From assembly GCA_963813645.1 (NCBI GenBank), contig CAWEZS010000012.1, positions 225,846 through 289,845 of the forward strand: a stretch of 64,000 bases of DNA. The letters run 5' to 3'. Below, one piece after another: positions 9,917 through 19,360 of the stretch. The first letter of the stretch is position 1. Every line of letters begins with the position of its first letter. The DNA is from Terriglobia bacterium (GTDB lineage: Bacteria; Acidobacteriota; Terriglobia; Terriglobales; Acidobacteriaceae). Under the pieces are notes generated by a model that saw nothing but the letters and a program-made list of their open reading frames with translations, ran no database searches and was not told where the DNA came from. The position numbers were made by a program, and so were the translations under genes.

Positions 9917-10510
9917 CTACTGCTGCAACTGCGCGACCATCTGTCCCACAGCCGAAACGTCGTAAACGACAGACAAGTCTGCATGTCCGGCCAGCGTCTC
10001 TCTTTCCCGGCCACCCACCAGAATCTTCACCCGATTGATTCCCGGAATGCTCATCGCCAAAGTCTGCACCAGCGAGGCCACCGTCAATTCTTCCACCAGC
10101 ACTCCGGAACGATGCCCGTCAGCAAAGGCATCGTTGATGTCGATCACCGCCAACCCTGGGTCAACCAGGTAGACGTCGCGAACCTCGGCGCCCGGCCCCA
10201 GCGGATGAGAAGAAGACTTGTCCAGGTACAGCGCCAGCAGCGCCCTAAGCAGCTCCTGCGCCCGTTCCTGACGTCCCGCAGGCAGCGGAATACTCGCTGA
10301 TTGCGGCCGCAGCACGCCGGGATCGTCATAGGCGACGTAGAGCGTTACCGGTTCCGTAGGCCCCTGCACTGGAGCCGAAATCGGATGAGCGTATTCGGAG
10401 GGGGGCTCGGTCTGGGCGGCTCGACCCCTCATCCGCCAGGCATAGAAGCTCATTCCCAGGGCCACCGCAAGCATGGCTGCGATTCCGATCATGAGATGGC
10501 GGGGGATCAT
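9917..10510 (-). CDS. GerMN domain-containing protein
   Basis: N-terminal TM anchor then a GerMN-like region (LYVAYDDPGVLRP...ELLRALLALYLD...ILVGGRERETLAGH). Overlaps the upstream amidase stop by 4 nt. Confidence 0.75.
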   Translation of the reverse strand: MIPRHLMIGIAAMLAVALGMSFYAWRMRGRAAQTEPPSEYAHPISAPVQGPTEPVTLYVAYDDPGVLRPQSASIPLPAGRQERAQELLRALLALYLDKSSSHPLGPGAEVRDVYLVDPGLAVIDINDAFADGHRSGVLVEELTVASLVQTLAMSIPGINRVKILVGGRERETLAGHADLSVVYDVSAVGQMVAQLQQ

Positions 10511-12009
10511 CGCTTCGCTCCCAGTTGGTCGCGCACCGCTTCAATTCCGGCGGTGACGGATTCGGCTACCAGTTGCTGGTAGCTGGCAGAATTGAGGTCG
10601 GCCAGCCTGCCTGCCGGGGGTGCGACCTCGATCGCCACAGCAGCGACAGTAACGTTGTTCAACGGACGCAACGGCGCAAGCAGGGACCGAACCGCAACCT
10701 GCCTTTTCCCCAGTTCGGCAGCCAGGCTGGTTTCGGCGGTCTGGCTGGCGTCGCGATATCCGGACTGCGCCGTGTTCCAGTCGAGAAACGGTCCCCGGCC
10801 CTCGGCCCCGGCGGGGAGGACTGCAGTGTAGAGCCGAACCCCACTGCCCTGGGACGCAGCATGCAGACAGATATAGATCGCCGGACGCGCCTCGTTTGTC
10901 ATATTGGCCCGCTGATCCAGGCTCATCGTGGTGTCTCCCTCGCGCAACATGAGGGTCGGAAAGCCGCGCGCTTGCAGCTGTTGCCGCAAGCGCTGCGCGA
11001 AAGCCAGCGTGACGTCCTTCTCCGCCAGCTGGTCGCTAAGGGCAGCGCCGCGTTCGTTGCCCCCGTGGCTGGCGTCCACGACTACAAAATACTGCACCGG
11101 GCCCGGAACCGTCGCCGGCGCCGCCGCTCCGGCTGGGACCTGCGGAGTTGGACCGCCCCCAGCAACTGGGGCTGGAGACGGCGCAGCCGGGGTCTGAGCG
11201 TGGGCTGTAGTCTGTGGCGCAGGCGTTATCGTGATAGTGCGGCCGTCATTGCTGAAACTGGCGAACAACGGAACCGGCCCACTGACGGCGATTTCCGCCG
11301 CTCCATTGTTCTCCTGAAACGTAGCCGAGGGGATTTCAGGGCTGTCAAAGGTCAAAGTTTGCGATCCCGGAGGAACCACCGGCTCCCGAGTAAACACCAT
11401 GCGCAGTTTTCCCGGCTCCGTGGCGATCATCGGATTCACGGGCGATGTGAAGTTCATCACCAGGGTGGGAGGATTCGTCCTGTTCACCTGGGCGGTGAAG
11501 TGCACCGCTGTGTTGCCGATGAACAATCGCCGCGACGCCTCGTGGAAATTTACCGGAACCCACAGGAAGCGCGACACCAGGGACGGCACCGAACTCAGCG
11601 GGACAAGGCCGCGCCCGTTTTCGAGAAGGAAGTTGGCTGTAAGATCGAAAGTCTGTCCCTTCACCCGCGCCCGCGTCTTGCCCGGAGTGAATTCGCTCTC
11701 GGAGCCGTTGTAGTTGAGCTTCCACGACCGGCCATCGGTTCGCGCGCTCACCGAACCCAGAGGTTGAAGGATTTCGAGGAGGCCGACGTAGTCGGTCCCG
11801 TTTGTCTCCCGGACGGTGAGGGAGTAGCTGGCGGCGCCGGAGTACACGGACAAACGCTTGTCGTCAGCAAAGCCGGAAACCGCCAGAACGAAGGCGAACA
11901 GAATGGTAAGGGAAGAAATCAGCACTGGAGCAGCGCGCCTGGTCTTTCGGCGGCGCAAGCGGCGGCTAGTGCAGGACCCGCTATTCCGGGGCCCGCTACT
12001 CCAGAGCAT
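10507..12009 (-). CDS. N-acetylmuramoyl-L-alanine amidase (AmiC-like, with N-terminal AMIN-like region and P/A-rich linker)
   Basis: Amidase_3 signature VVVDASHGGNERGA...EKDVTLAFAQRL...RANMTN...ICLHA. Confidence 0.85.
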   Translation of the reverse strand: MLWSSGPRNSGSCTSRRLRRRKTRRAAPVLISSLTILFAFVLAVSGFADDKRLSVYSGAASYSLTVRETNGTDYVGLLEILQPLGSVSARTDGRSWKLNYNGSESEFTPGKTRARVKGQTFDLTANFLLENGRGLVPLSSVPSLVSRFLWVPVNFHEASRRLFIGNTAVHFTAQVNRTNPPTLVMNFTSPVNPMIATEPGKLRMVFTREPVVPPGSQTLTFDSPEIPSATFQENNGAAEIAVSGPVPLFASFSNDGRTITITPAPQTTAHAQTPAAPSPAPVAGGGPTPQVPAGAAAPATVPGPVQYFVVVDASHGGNERGAALSDQLAEKDVTLAFAQRLRQQLQARGFPTLMLREGDTTMSLDQRANMTNEARPAIYICLHAASQGSGVRLYTAVLPAGAEGRGPFLDWNTAQSGYRDASQTAETSLAAELGKRQVAVRSLLAPLRPLNNVTVAAVAIEVAPPAGRLADLNSASYQQLVAESVTAGIEAVRDQLGAKR

Positions 12010-13312
12010 AGATCGTCAAGCCGGTAAGCAGCTTGGGATAAAAGTCGGTTGATTTCTGAGGCATGACTTCGCCGGCTAAGGCAATATCGCGCACCTGCGA
12101 CATACGGGCCGGATTCATCAGAAAAGCCACGTTGGCCGCACCACTGCGCACCTGGGCCATGGCCTCGCCGATGTCCCGAATGTAGCGGACGTTCTTCTGG
12201 TCCCGAATGGCTTCTTCCGAAATGCCCAGAACGCCCTCGAGCAAGCACTTGTGCAGCTGCACCACGTCAAGGGCTTGTTGGCGCAGCGACCATCCCGCGA
12301 AGACCTCCGGCGAAACCAGCTTGGCGCGGTCGAGAAGAACAACCCTGTCTGCGGTGACTGCCAGCAGAGCAGTGCCCATGCGGCCAGCTTCGCGCAGGAT
12401 CACCTTGGCACGGGCGGCATCTACGGATGGGTCTACCTCATCCACGCTGAAATAAGGGCAGGCCCCCTCCCGGAAAGCAGCCGCGGAAAATGACGGGAGA
12501 CCGTGCACCACGCGGTGGGTGGGCAGGATGACCAGGCCAGGGCTATCCATGTTGACCAAGGTCATCATGACCAGCTCGTAGGGAGCGGGCGGCGCATCCG
12601 GAGACGGTTTTGGATTCCCCGCAGCAGCCCGTCGCTCGTTCCGGTAATTCAGCGCGGTTTCGTAGCGATGATGGCCGTCGGCGATCACCAACTTCTTGTC
12701 CCGCATCTTGTTCTGCACACGGCTCACGACTGCTGGATCGGAGATTTTCCAGACCTGGTGCGAGACCCCATACTCATCTTTTGTGTCGAGATCGGGGTCG
12801 CCGGTGGACTCCAGCAGAGCATCGATCTCAGCCGCAGGATCGCTGTACAGCATGAAAAGTTGCCCAAAGTGGGCCCGCGTGGCCCGTAACAGTTCCAGGC
12901 GGTCGGCCTTGGGCTTGGCCAAAGTCTGCTCGTGGCGGAAAACCACGCCAGCCGAGTAATCTTCGATCCGGCCCAGGGCGATGATGCCGCGCCGCTCCAT
13001 TGCAGCGGCCGCGCCGGGCGCTGTAAAGCGCTGTACATAAAGGTAGAGAGAGGGTTGGGCATCCTGCAAAAAGATGCGCTGCTGGCGCCACTCCTGAAAA
13101 GATCGTGCCGCACGGCTGTACCTGTTCTCCCCGGTATGGTCCGTGGCGTGCTCTTTGCCCAGGATGACGCGCACCAGGTTGTGCGGGCTGGCGGCGTAAT
13201 ACCCGTCCTGCATCTCAGGAGTGATCTTGTCGTAGGGCTGAGTGACAACTTGTGGGATCGAGACCCGGGTAGGGTCATAACGAAGCGCGCGAAAGGGTTC
13301 AATGTGGGCCAT
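11996..13312 (-). CDS. DUF1015 domain-containing protein
   Basis: MAHIEPFRALRYDP...VTQPYDKI...IADGHHRYETAL. Start set at MAHIEPF. Confidence 0.85.
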   Translation of the reverse strand: MAHIEPFRALRYDPTRVSIPQVVTQPYDKITPEMQDGYYAASPHNLVRVILGKEHATDHTGENRYSRAARSFQEWRQQRIFLQDAQPSLYLYVQRFTAPGAAAAMERRGIIALGRIEDYSAGVVFRHEQTLAKPKADRLELLRATRAHFGQLFMLYSDPAAEIDALLESTGDPDLDTKDEYGVSHQVWKISDPAVVSRVQNKMRDKKLVIADGHHRYETALNYRNERRAAAGNPKPSPDAPPAPYELVMMTLVNMDSPGLVILPTHRVVHGLPSFSAAAFREGACPYFSVDEVDPSVDAARAKVILREAGRMGTALLAVTADRVVLLDRAKLVSPEVFAGWSLRQQALDVVQLHKCLLEGVLGISEEAIRDQKNVRYIRDIGEAMAQVRSGAANVAFLMNPARMSQVRDIALAGEVMPQKSTDFYPKLLTGLTIYALE

Positions 13313-13531
13313 GATCGGAAGTTGAGTATGAAATTGTACAAGAGCCGGCTGGCCCGCGGGAGGATAGGACCTCCCTTTGGCGAACGACTGCGAAAAATCG
13401 GGGACGAATATGGTGCGGAAGCTAGGCAAACCTTTGCAGTGTCCCAGTCATCGCAGTAATCGTGACAAAAGATTACAGAAGCGTGACAATCGAAATTGAA
13501 GCTATGGTACTATCGCCGCAATGAGGTAATT

Positions 13532-14638
13532 ATGGCCCGCCTTTATGGGCGCTGGTCATCCCGCCCATCGATCCAAGCTCGCTCGTCACGCTTGGGCCTA
13601 CCCCGGACCCTGAGAACCCTTATGCTGCCCAAAGAGCAGGCTTTTACCGTTTCATCAATTCTCTTCGTGATTCTGGCTGTGATTTTGATTGCCCCCGCCG
13701 TCCGGGCACAGAGCCCGGTGGACGATGTGCACGTCAGCCCCAGAATCCAGCCTCCTCCGCCCGCTGAGAAAGCGATCATGGATCCATCCCTGAGGACTCA
13801 TACCAAGCCCCTCAAGGTGGATGTGGACCTGGTCCTGGTGCCGGTCACCATTACCGACCCCATGAATCGCCTGGTCACTGGACTGGACAAAGAAAACTTC
13901 ACCCTCTACGAAGGCAAGGATCTGCAGGACATTCGTCACTTCTCCAGTGAAGACGCCCCCGTTTCTCTGGGTGTGATCTTCGACATGAGCGGCAGCATGA
14001 GCAGTAAGATCGAGCGCGCCCGCGAAGCCGTGATCGAGTTTTTCAAGGCGGCCAATCCGCAGGACGAATTCTTCATGATCACCTTCGCCGACAAGCCGGA
14101 GGAGATTTCCGATTTCACCCAGTCGATTGAAGAGATCCAGGGGAAGCTGGTGTACACCGTGCCCAAGGGACGGACGGCCCTGCTCGACGCCATTTATCTC
14201 GGCGTCAGCAAAATGAGGCAGGCCAAGTATCCCAAGAAGGCGCTGCTCGTCATCAGTGATGGTGGCGACAACCACAGCCGGTACACCGAGGGCGAGATCA
14301 AGTCCGTGGTGAAGGAAGCGGACCTATTGATTTATGCCATCGGCCTTTATGACCGTTACCTGTCCACTCCAGAAGAGCAACTGGGCCCCGCCCTGCTGGC
14401 CGACCTCACCGAACTCACGGGAGGGCGCGCTTTTACCATAGACAACCCGAATGATCTGGCCGACGTCTCTACAAAAATAGGGATCGAGCTACGCAACCAA
14501 TATGTGCTGGGATACCGTCCAAAGAATCCAGCGCATGATGGCAAATGGCGTAAAATAAAGGTGAAGCTGCTTCCACCTAAAGGTTTGCCGCCGCTGCGTG
14601 TGTATGCCAGGACGGGTTACTATGCACCTACGGAATAG
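13532..14638 (+). CDS. VWA domain protein, VWFA-related Acidobacterial domain type
   Basis: Signal anchor, MIDAS-like DMSGSM, ISDGGDN, C-terminal RTGYYA. ATG 13532 has GAGG 7 nt upstream. Confidence 0.8.
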   Translation: MARLYGRWSSRPSIQARSSRLGLPRTLRTLMLPKEQAFTVSSILFVILAVILIAPAVRAQSPVDDVHVSPRIQPPPPAEKAIMDPSLRTHTKPLKVDVDLVLVPVTITDPMNRLVTGLDKENFTLYEGKDLQDIRHFSSEDAPVSLGVIFDMSGSMSSKIERAREAVIEFFKAANPQDEFFMITFADKPEEISDFTQSIEEIQGKLVYTVPKGRTALLDAIYLGVSKMRQAKYPKKALLVISDGGDNHSRYTEGEIKSVVKEADLLIYAIGLYDRYLSTPEEQLGPALLADLTELTGGRAFTIDNPNDLADVSTKIGIELRNQYVLGYRPKNPAHDGKWRKIKVKLLPPKGLPPLRVYARTGYYAPTE

Positions 14639-15662
14639 TCGGGTTGCGCCACGGCTGGTCTTCTTCCTGTTCTTGCTCAACCTGGCAGTCGGGGCCCAGA
14701 ATACGGCTCCGCCCGAGGCCCCGCCCCGTAGTTCTCAACCGGCCCCCAGCCAATCCGAGGCTCCGCCTCCAGCCCAGGAAGCGCCGCCGGGGCAAGAACC
14801 GGGCGCCGAACCCGGCGGTTTTGTGTTCCATTCCGACGTGCAAGAGGTTCTGCTGCACGCCACGGTCATCGACGACAAGCAGCGCATGGTCACCAACCTC
14901 GACAAGAATGCTTTCACAGTATTCGAGGATGGCAAGCCCCAAGTCATCAAGTCTTTCCGCCACGAGGACATTCCGATCTCCCTCGGCATCGTGATTGACA
15001 ACTCAGGCTCGATGCGGGAAAAGCGCGCCAAGGTCAACAAGGCGGCATTAAACCTGGTGCGCGCCAGCAACCCGCAGGATGAAGTCTTTGTGGTCAACTT
15101 CAGCGACGAGTTTTTTCTCGATCAGCCCTTCACCAACAAGATCAACCTGCTGCAGAGCGCGCTGGAAAAATACGAGACCCGCGGCGGAACGGCCCTCTAT
15201 GACGCAGTGGTCGCTTCGGCGGACGAGTTGAAGAGGCATGGCAAGCTGCAGAAGAAGATCCTGTTTGTCGTGACCGACGGCGAGGACGATGCCAGCCGCG
15301 AATCGCTGGAGCAGGCAGTGCGACAGTTGCAGGAAGAGAATGGCCCCACGGTCTACTGCATCGGTGTGTTGGGCGAGGAAAGGGCACGACGCGCCAAGCG
15401 CGCCCTGCAAACCATTTCTGAGCGCACCGGAGGAATCGCATTTTTTCCCCGTACGCTGGACGAAGTAGACCAGATCAGCAGCACGGTTGCCCGCGACATT
15501 CGCAATCAGTACACCATCGGTTACAAACCCACGACACCCAAGACCGCGGGCGGATATCGCGCCATCCGGGTCGAGGCCCGCGCGTCCGGACACGGCAAGC
15601 TCACAGTAAGGACCCGCAGCGGCTACTACGCCGGCCAGGAGCAGGCCGCCGGCGGGAATTAG
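14622..15662 (+). CDS. VWA domain protein, VWFA-related Acidobacterial domain type (paralog)
   Basis: DNSGSM, VTDGEDD, C-terminal RSGYYA, proline-rich N-terminal linker. Overlaps the upstream paralog by 17 nt. Confidence 0.8.
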   Translation: MHLRNSRVAPRLVFFLFLLNLAVGAQNTAPPEAPPRSSQPAPSQSEAPPPAQEAPPGQEPGAEPGGFVFHSDVQEVLLHATVIDDKQRMVTNLDKNAFTVFEDGKPQVIKSFRHEDIPISLGIVIDNSGSMREKRAKVNKAALNLVRASNPQDEVFVVNFSDEFFLDQPFTNKINLLQSALEKYETRGGTALYDAVVASADELKRHGKLQKKILFVVTDGEDDASRESLEQAVRQLQEENGPTVYCIGVLGEERARRAKRALQTISERTGGIAFFPRTLDEVDQISSTVARDIRNQYTIGYKPTTPKTAGGYRAIRVEARASGHGKLTVRTRSGYYAGQEQAAGGN

Positions 15663-15664
15663 TC

Positions 15665-15761
15665 AGCACTTAGCAATTGGCAATTAGCACTTGGCCCTTC
15701 CCTGTTCCTGCCTCCTACTTTGTCCGCGTTTGCTGAGTGCCAATTGCTAATTGCCAAGTGC
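15665..15761. repeat. AT-rich heptad hairpin element (AGCACTT AGCAATT GGCAATT AGCACTT ... inverse)
   Basis: The left arm 15665-15695 is the reverse complement (about 24 of 27 nt) of the right arm 15738-15761, with a loop of about 42 nt. Confidence 0.7.
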
Positions 15762-15806
15762 CGCTTCTCCAATTGACGCTCTGCTTCCGCTTCCGTACCC
15801 TGTAGG

Positions 15807-16760
15807 GTGCACACAAAAAGCATCGAAGGGAAGCGCCTGCGCGTCACCGACGACATTTCTCAGCTCGTCGGCGACACTCCCATCCTGCAATTGAAGAAGC
15901 TGGTTCCGGATGACGCCGCCGGGGTCTTCGCCAAGCTGGAATACTTGAATCCCGGCGGAAGCGTTAAAGATCGTGCCGCCAGCGGAATCATTCTGCGCGC
16001 CGAAGCCGACGGTCAGCTCCGGCCCGGAGGCACAATTGTCGAGGCCACCGCCGGGAATACCGGCATCGGCCTGGCATTGATCGGGGTGCAGCGCGGTTAC
16101 CAGGTTGTTTTGTTCGTTCCCGAGCGATTCTCCGAAGAAAAAGTAGCCATCATGCGCGCACTGGGTGCCGTGGTCACCCGCACTCCAGACGCGGAGGGTA
16201 TGCCCGGCGCAATCAGGCGGGCCAATGAGTTTACGGCGGCCACCACCGGCGCATTCATGGCTGGCCAGTTCGAGAATCCTGCCAATCCCGACTATCACTA
16301 CGAAACCACGGCTCCTGAAATTTTCGAACAGATGGAGGGCCGCCTCGATGCCCTGGTCATTGGCGCCGGAACTGCCGGCACTTTTACCGGTGTCGCGCGT
16401 TTCATGAAGGAACGCCTGCCCAATGTGCTGGCCTACGCGGTGGAAACGCAAGGCTCGATTCTGGGCGGCGGCAAGCCGGGGCCGCACAAAGTTGAGGGCA
16501 TCGGGGCGAGCTTTATCCCGGGAAATTTCGACCGTTCGGTGTGTGACGCGGTACTTATGGTCACCGACGCGGACGCCTTTGGAATGGTAAGACAACTGGC
16601 GGCGCACGAGGGAGTGCTGTCGGGTTCGAGCGGCGGAGCCAATGTTGTAGCCGCGATGCGCGTAGCGGGCTGGCTGGGACCCGGTAAGCGGGTGGTCACC
16701 ATGATTCCGGATTCCGCAGAACGCTATTTGTCCAAGAAAATCTTCGAAGGCGGAATTTGA
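15807..16760 (+). CDS. PLP-dependent cysteine synthase / cystathionine beta-synthase family protein
   Basis: LVGDTPILQL...LEYLNPGGSVKDRAA...TAGNTGIGLA. GTG start. Confidence 0.85.
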   Translation: MHTKSIEGKRLRVTDDISQLVGDTPILQLKKLVPDDAAGVFAKLEYLNPGGSVKDRAASGIILRAEADGQLRPGGTIVEATAGNTGIGLALIGVQRGYQVVLFVPERFSEEKVAIMRALGAVVTRTPDAEGMPGAIRRANEFTAATTGAFMAGQFENPANPDYHYETTAPEIFEQMEGRLDALVIGAGTAGTFTGVARFMKERLPNVLAYAVETQGSILGGGKPGPHKVEGIGASFIPGNFDRSVCDAVLMVTDADAFGMVRQLAAHEGVLSGSSGGANVVAAMRVAGWLGPGKRVVTMIPDSAERYLSKKIFEGGI

Positions 16761-16792
16761 GAGAACAGCTGCCAGCTATCAGCAATCCCCTC

Positions 16793-16855
16793 TGAGAACT
16801 GAGAACTTGAAACTGAAGACTGAATATCAATAAATCAAGACTGAGACCTGAAAGC
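16793..16855. repeat. nine tandem heptads TGAGAAC-like, ending 5 nt before the ATG at 16861
   Basis: TGAGAAC TGAGAAC TTGAAAC TGAAGAC TGAATAT CAATAAA TCAAGAC TGAGACC TGAAAGC. Confidence 0.7.
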
Positions 16856-16860
16856 TCCCC

Positions 16861-18015
16861 ATGAAAAACAGACAACCCGGTTTTGCGACGCGTGCCATTC
16901 ACGCCGGACAGGAGCCCGATGCTGAAACCGGCGCGATAAGCGTTCCCATCTATCCCACTTCCACCTACGTGCAGGAGGAATTAGGCAAGAACAAGGGGTA
17001 CGAATACGCCCGCGTGTCGAATCCGACGCGCACCCGCCTGGAAGAGAATCTGGCAGCGCTAGAGGGAGGAATTTCTGCTCGCGTCTTCGCCAGCGGAATG
17101 GCTGCGATCAACGCCATCTGCACCATGTACAAGGCCGGGGATCATGTGGTCTGCGGCAACGATCTCTATGGAGGCGTGCCCCGCCTGTTCAACCAGGTGC
17201 TGGCAAATTTCGGGATGGAGTTCACCTACGTCGACACTTCGGACGCGAAGAATGTCGAGCGGGCCATGCGAAAAAACACACGCATGGTGTACATCGAGAC
17301 GCCAACGAACCCGCTCATGTCGCTGAGCGATATTGCAGCCATCAGCCAGTTATGCCGTCGCCGGAAAGCGGAACTAGTCGTGGATAACACTTTCATGTCT
17401 CCATACTTCCAGCAGCCGATTGCTCTGGGAGCCGACATGGTGGTCCACTCCACCACAAAATTCCTTAACGGACACAGCGACGGACTGGGCGGCGTTGTGG
17501 TTTGCACGACGAAAGAACAGGCTGACAAGCTGGCTTTCATCCAGAAAGCCGCAGGCGCGATACTTTCTCCGTTCGAGTGCTGGCTCGTTCTGCGAGGCGT
17601 CAAGACTCTTGCCGTGCGCATGCAGCAGCACGATCGCAGCGGCAGAATTGTGGCCGAGTTCCTGGCGCGCCATAAGAAAGTGAAGAAAGTCTTCTACCCC
17701 GGCCTTCCAGAACATCCGCAATACGACCTGGCGCAACAACAGATGACCGGCTTTGGCTCGATGATCACGTTTGAAACCGGATCGCGCTCCAACGCCAACA
17801 AGATGCTAAAGAAAGTGCGCGTATGCTCGCTGGCGGAATCCCTGGGTGGAGTTGAGACGCTGATCTCGCATCCCGCCACCATGACGCACGCAGCGCTGGG
17901 CGAAAAGGGAAGGCGTGAAATCGGCATCACGGACGGTCTTGTTCGCATCTCTGTAGGAATCGAAAACGTTGAAGACATCGTGGACGATCTCGATCAAGCC
18001 CTGGGCGCAATCTGA
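16861..18015 (+). CDS. cystathionine gamma-lyase/gamma-synthase (trans-sulfuration PLP enzyme)
   Basis: Cys/Met metabolism PLP family: VHSTTKFLNGHSD lysine motif, GGVETLISHPATMTHA. Confidence 0.9.
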   Translation: MKNRQPGFATRAIHAGQEPDAETGAISVPIYPTSTYVQEELGKNKGYEYARVSNPTRTRLEENLAALEGGISARVFASGMAAINAICTMYKAGDHVVCGNDLYGGVPRLFNQVLANFGMEFTYVDTSDAKNVERAMRKNTRMVYIETPTNPLMSLSDIAAISQLCRRRKAELVVDNTFMSPYFQQPIALGADMVVHSTTKFLNGHSDGLGGVVVCTTKEQADKLAFIQKAAGAILSPFECWLVLRGVKTLAVRMQQHDRSGRIVAEFLARHKKVKKVFYPGLPEHPQYDLAQQQMTGFGSMITFETGSRSNANKMLKKVRVCSLAESLGGVETLISHPATMTHAALGEKGRREIGITDGLVRISVGIENVEDIVDDLDQALGAI

Positions 18016-18060
18016 CAGATACCTCCGCCTGGCCCATGCTCTGATCGCAATCTTGGGTCT

Positions 18061-18066
18061 TATAAT
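18061..18066 (+). promoter_or_regulatory. TATAAT -10 box 8 nt upstream of ATG 18075 (possible leaderless transcript)
   Basis: Perfect TATAAT followed by AGCGGGCC ATG. No SD, and the -35 is weak. Confidence 0.3.
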
Positions 18067-18074
18067 AGCGGGCC

Positions 18075-19352
18075 ATGGCCGAGCTACCGCTGGATCGCGA
18101 TAATCCCTACCTCGGCGTGTACGCGGTCAATGTTTTCGTCCGCGATCAGGACCGAAGCCTGCGGTTCTACGTAGATCAGCTCGGCTTCAACCTGGCCTTT
18201 GATGTGCGCCTTCAATCCGGACAGCGTTGGGTAGGGGTTGCACCTCCGCACGGGACCGCCGTGCTTACCTTGATCGCGCCGGAACCCGACTCGGATGAGT
18301 ACAAGCTGATCGGCCAACCCACGCCGGTCGCCTTTGTGGCGGAAGATGTCGTGGCGACCTACAGTCAATGGAGAAAGCGCGGAGTTCGCTTTCGTCATGT
18401 TCCGCGTCTCAGGCGTGTCAAGTATCAGCAGCGCGCAAACGACTTGCCGGACGGCGCGCCCTCGTTGCTGCTGGGTAAACAATCACCGGTTTGGGGCGGA
18501 GTATTTACCCGCTTCGAGGATATCGACAGGAATTCCTTCGCCCTGGTGAGCTTCGATGAAATGACCCAGGCGGTGGAGGCGCAACGGCGCGCTACGGCGG
18601 CACGGCTTGAGTCCGAACGCCGCTCGGTTCATGAACTCGAGATCGCCAAACAGGTGCAGGCGAGACTCTTCCCCCAGACCTTTCCACCCATGAAAACACT
18701 CGACTATGCGGGCGTCTGTATTCAGGCTCGCCAAGTCGGTGGTGATTACTACGACTTTCTTCACCTGGGCGAGGACCGAATCGCGCTTGTGCTCGGCGAC
18801 ATCTCCGGCAAAGGAATTGCCGGGGCCCTCCTGATGGCGAACCTGCAGGCGAATCTGCGCAGCCAGCGCATTATTGCCCGGGACGACCTGCAACGCCTGT
18901 TGCGATCGGTCAACCAGTTGTTTTACGACAACACCGGCGACAGTTCCTATGCCACGCTGTTCTTCGCCGAATATGACGACCGGGCGCAACGCGTGCGCTA
19001 TGTCAACTGCGGCCATCTCTGCGGTCTCTTGCTACGCGGCGACGACACCGTGGAACAGTTGGCCTCCACTTGCACGGTTCTGGGACTCTTCAAGGAATGG
19101 GATTGCTCCCTCGGGGAATGTCAGCTGCGGTGCGGGGATTCAATGGCCCTCTACACCGACGGCGTCACCGAATCATTCAACTCGACGGGAGAGGAGTTTG
19201 GAGAACAGCGCTTGACCGAAGCTCTGCGCCGGCATCGTGAATTGCCTGCAGGGGATTTGGTGGCGGCGATCGTGGACGAGGTTCGCCGGTTTAGTTCCGG
19301 CGAACAGTACGACGACATCACTCTGATCGTCGCCAAGTGCATGGTGCGGTAA
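18075..19352 (+). CDS. VOC (glyoxalase-fold) domain fused to PP2C/SpoIIE serine phosphatase
   Basis: N-terminal VNVFVRDQDRSLRFYVDQLGF (VOC). C-terminal GGDYYDF, GDISGKG, LYTDGVTE, DDITLIV (SpoIIE/PP2C). Confidence 0.8.
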   Translation: MAELPLDRDNPYLGVYAVNVFVRDQDRSLRFYVDQLGFNLAFDVRLQSGQRWVGVAPPHGTAVLTLIAPEPDSDEYKLIGQPTPVAFVAEDVVATYSQWRKRGVRFRHVPRLRRVKYQQRANDLPDGAPSLLLGKQSPVWGGVFTRFEDIDRNSFALVSFDEMTQAVEAQRRATAARLESERRSVHELEIAKQVQARLFPQTFPPMKTLDYAGVCIQARQVGGDYYDFLHLGEDRIALVLGDISGKGIAGALLMANLQANLRSQRIIARDDLQRLLRSVNQLFYDNTGDSSYATLFFAEYDDRAQRVRYVNCGHLCGLLLRGDDTVEQLASTCTVLGLFKEWDCSLGECQLRCGDSMALYTDGVTESFNSTGEEFGEQRLTEALRRHRELPAGDLVAAIVDEVRRFSSGEQYDDITLIVAKCMVR

Positions 19353-19360
19353 CAGGGGTG

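Noticed and set aside
16793-16855. Possibility that the periodic arrays (also 33104-33203, 34526-34617, 38127-38162, 15665-15761) are CRISPR arrays.
   Set aside because: The units are 7-8 nt and contiguous with no spacers, the arrays are under 110 nt, and no cas genes are present.
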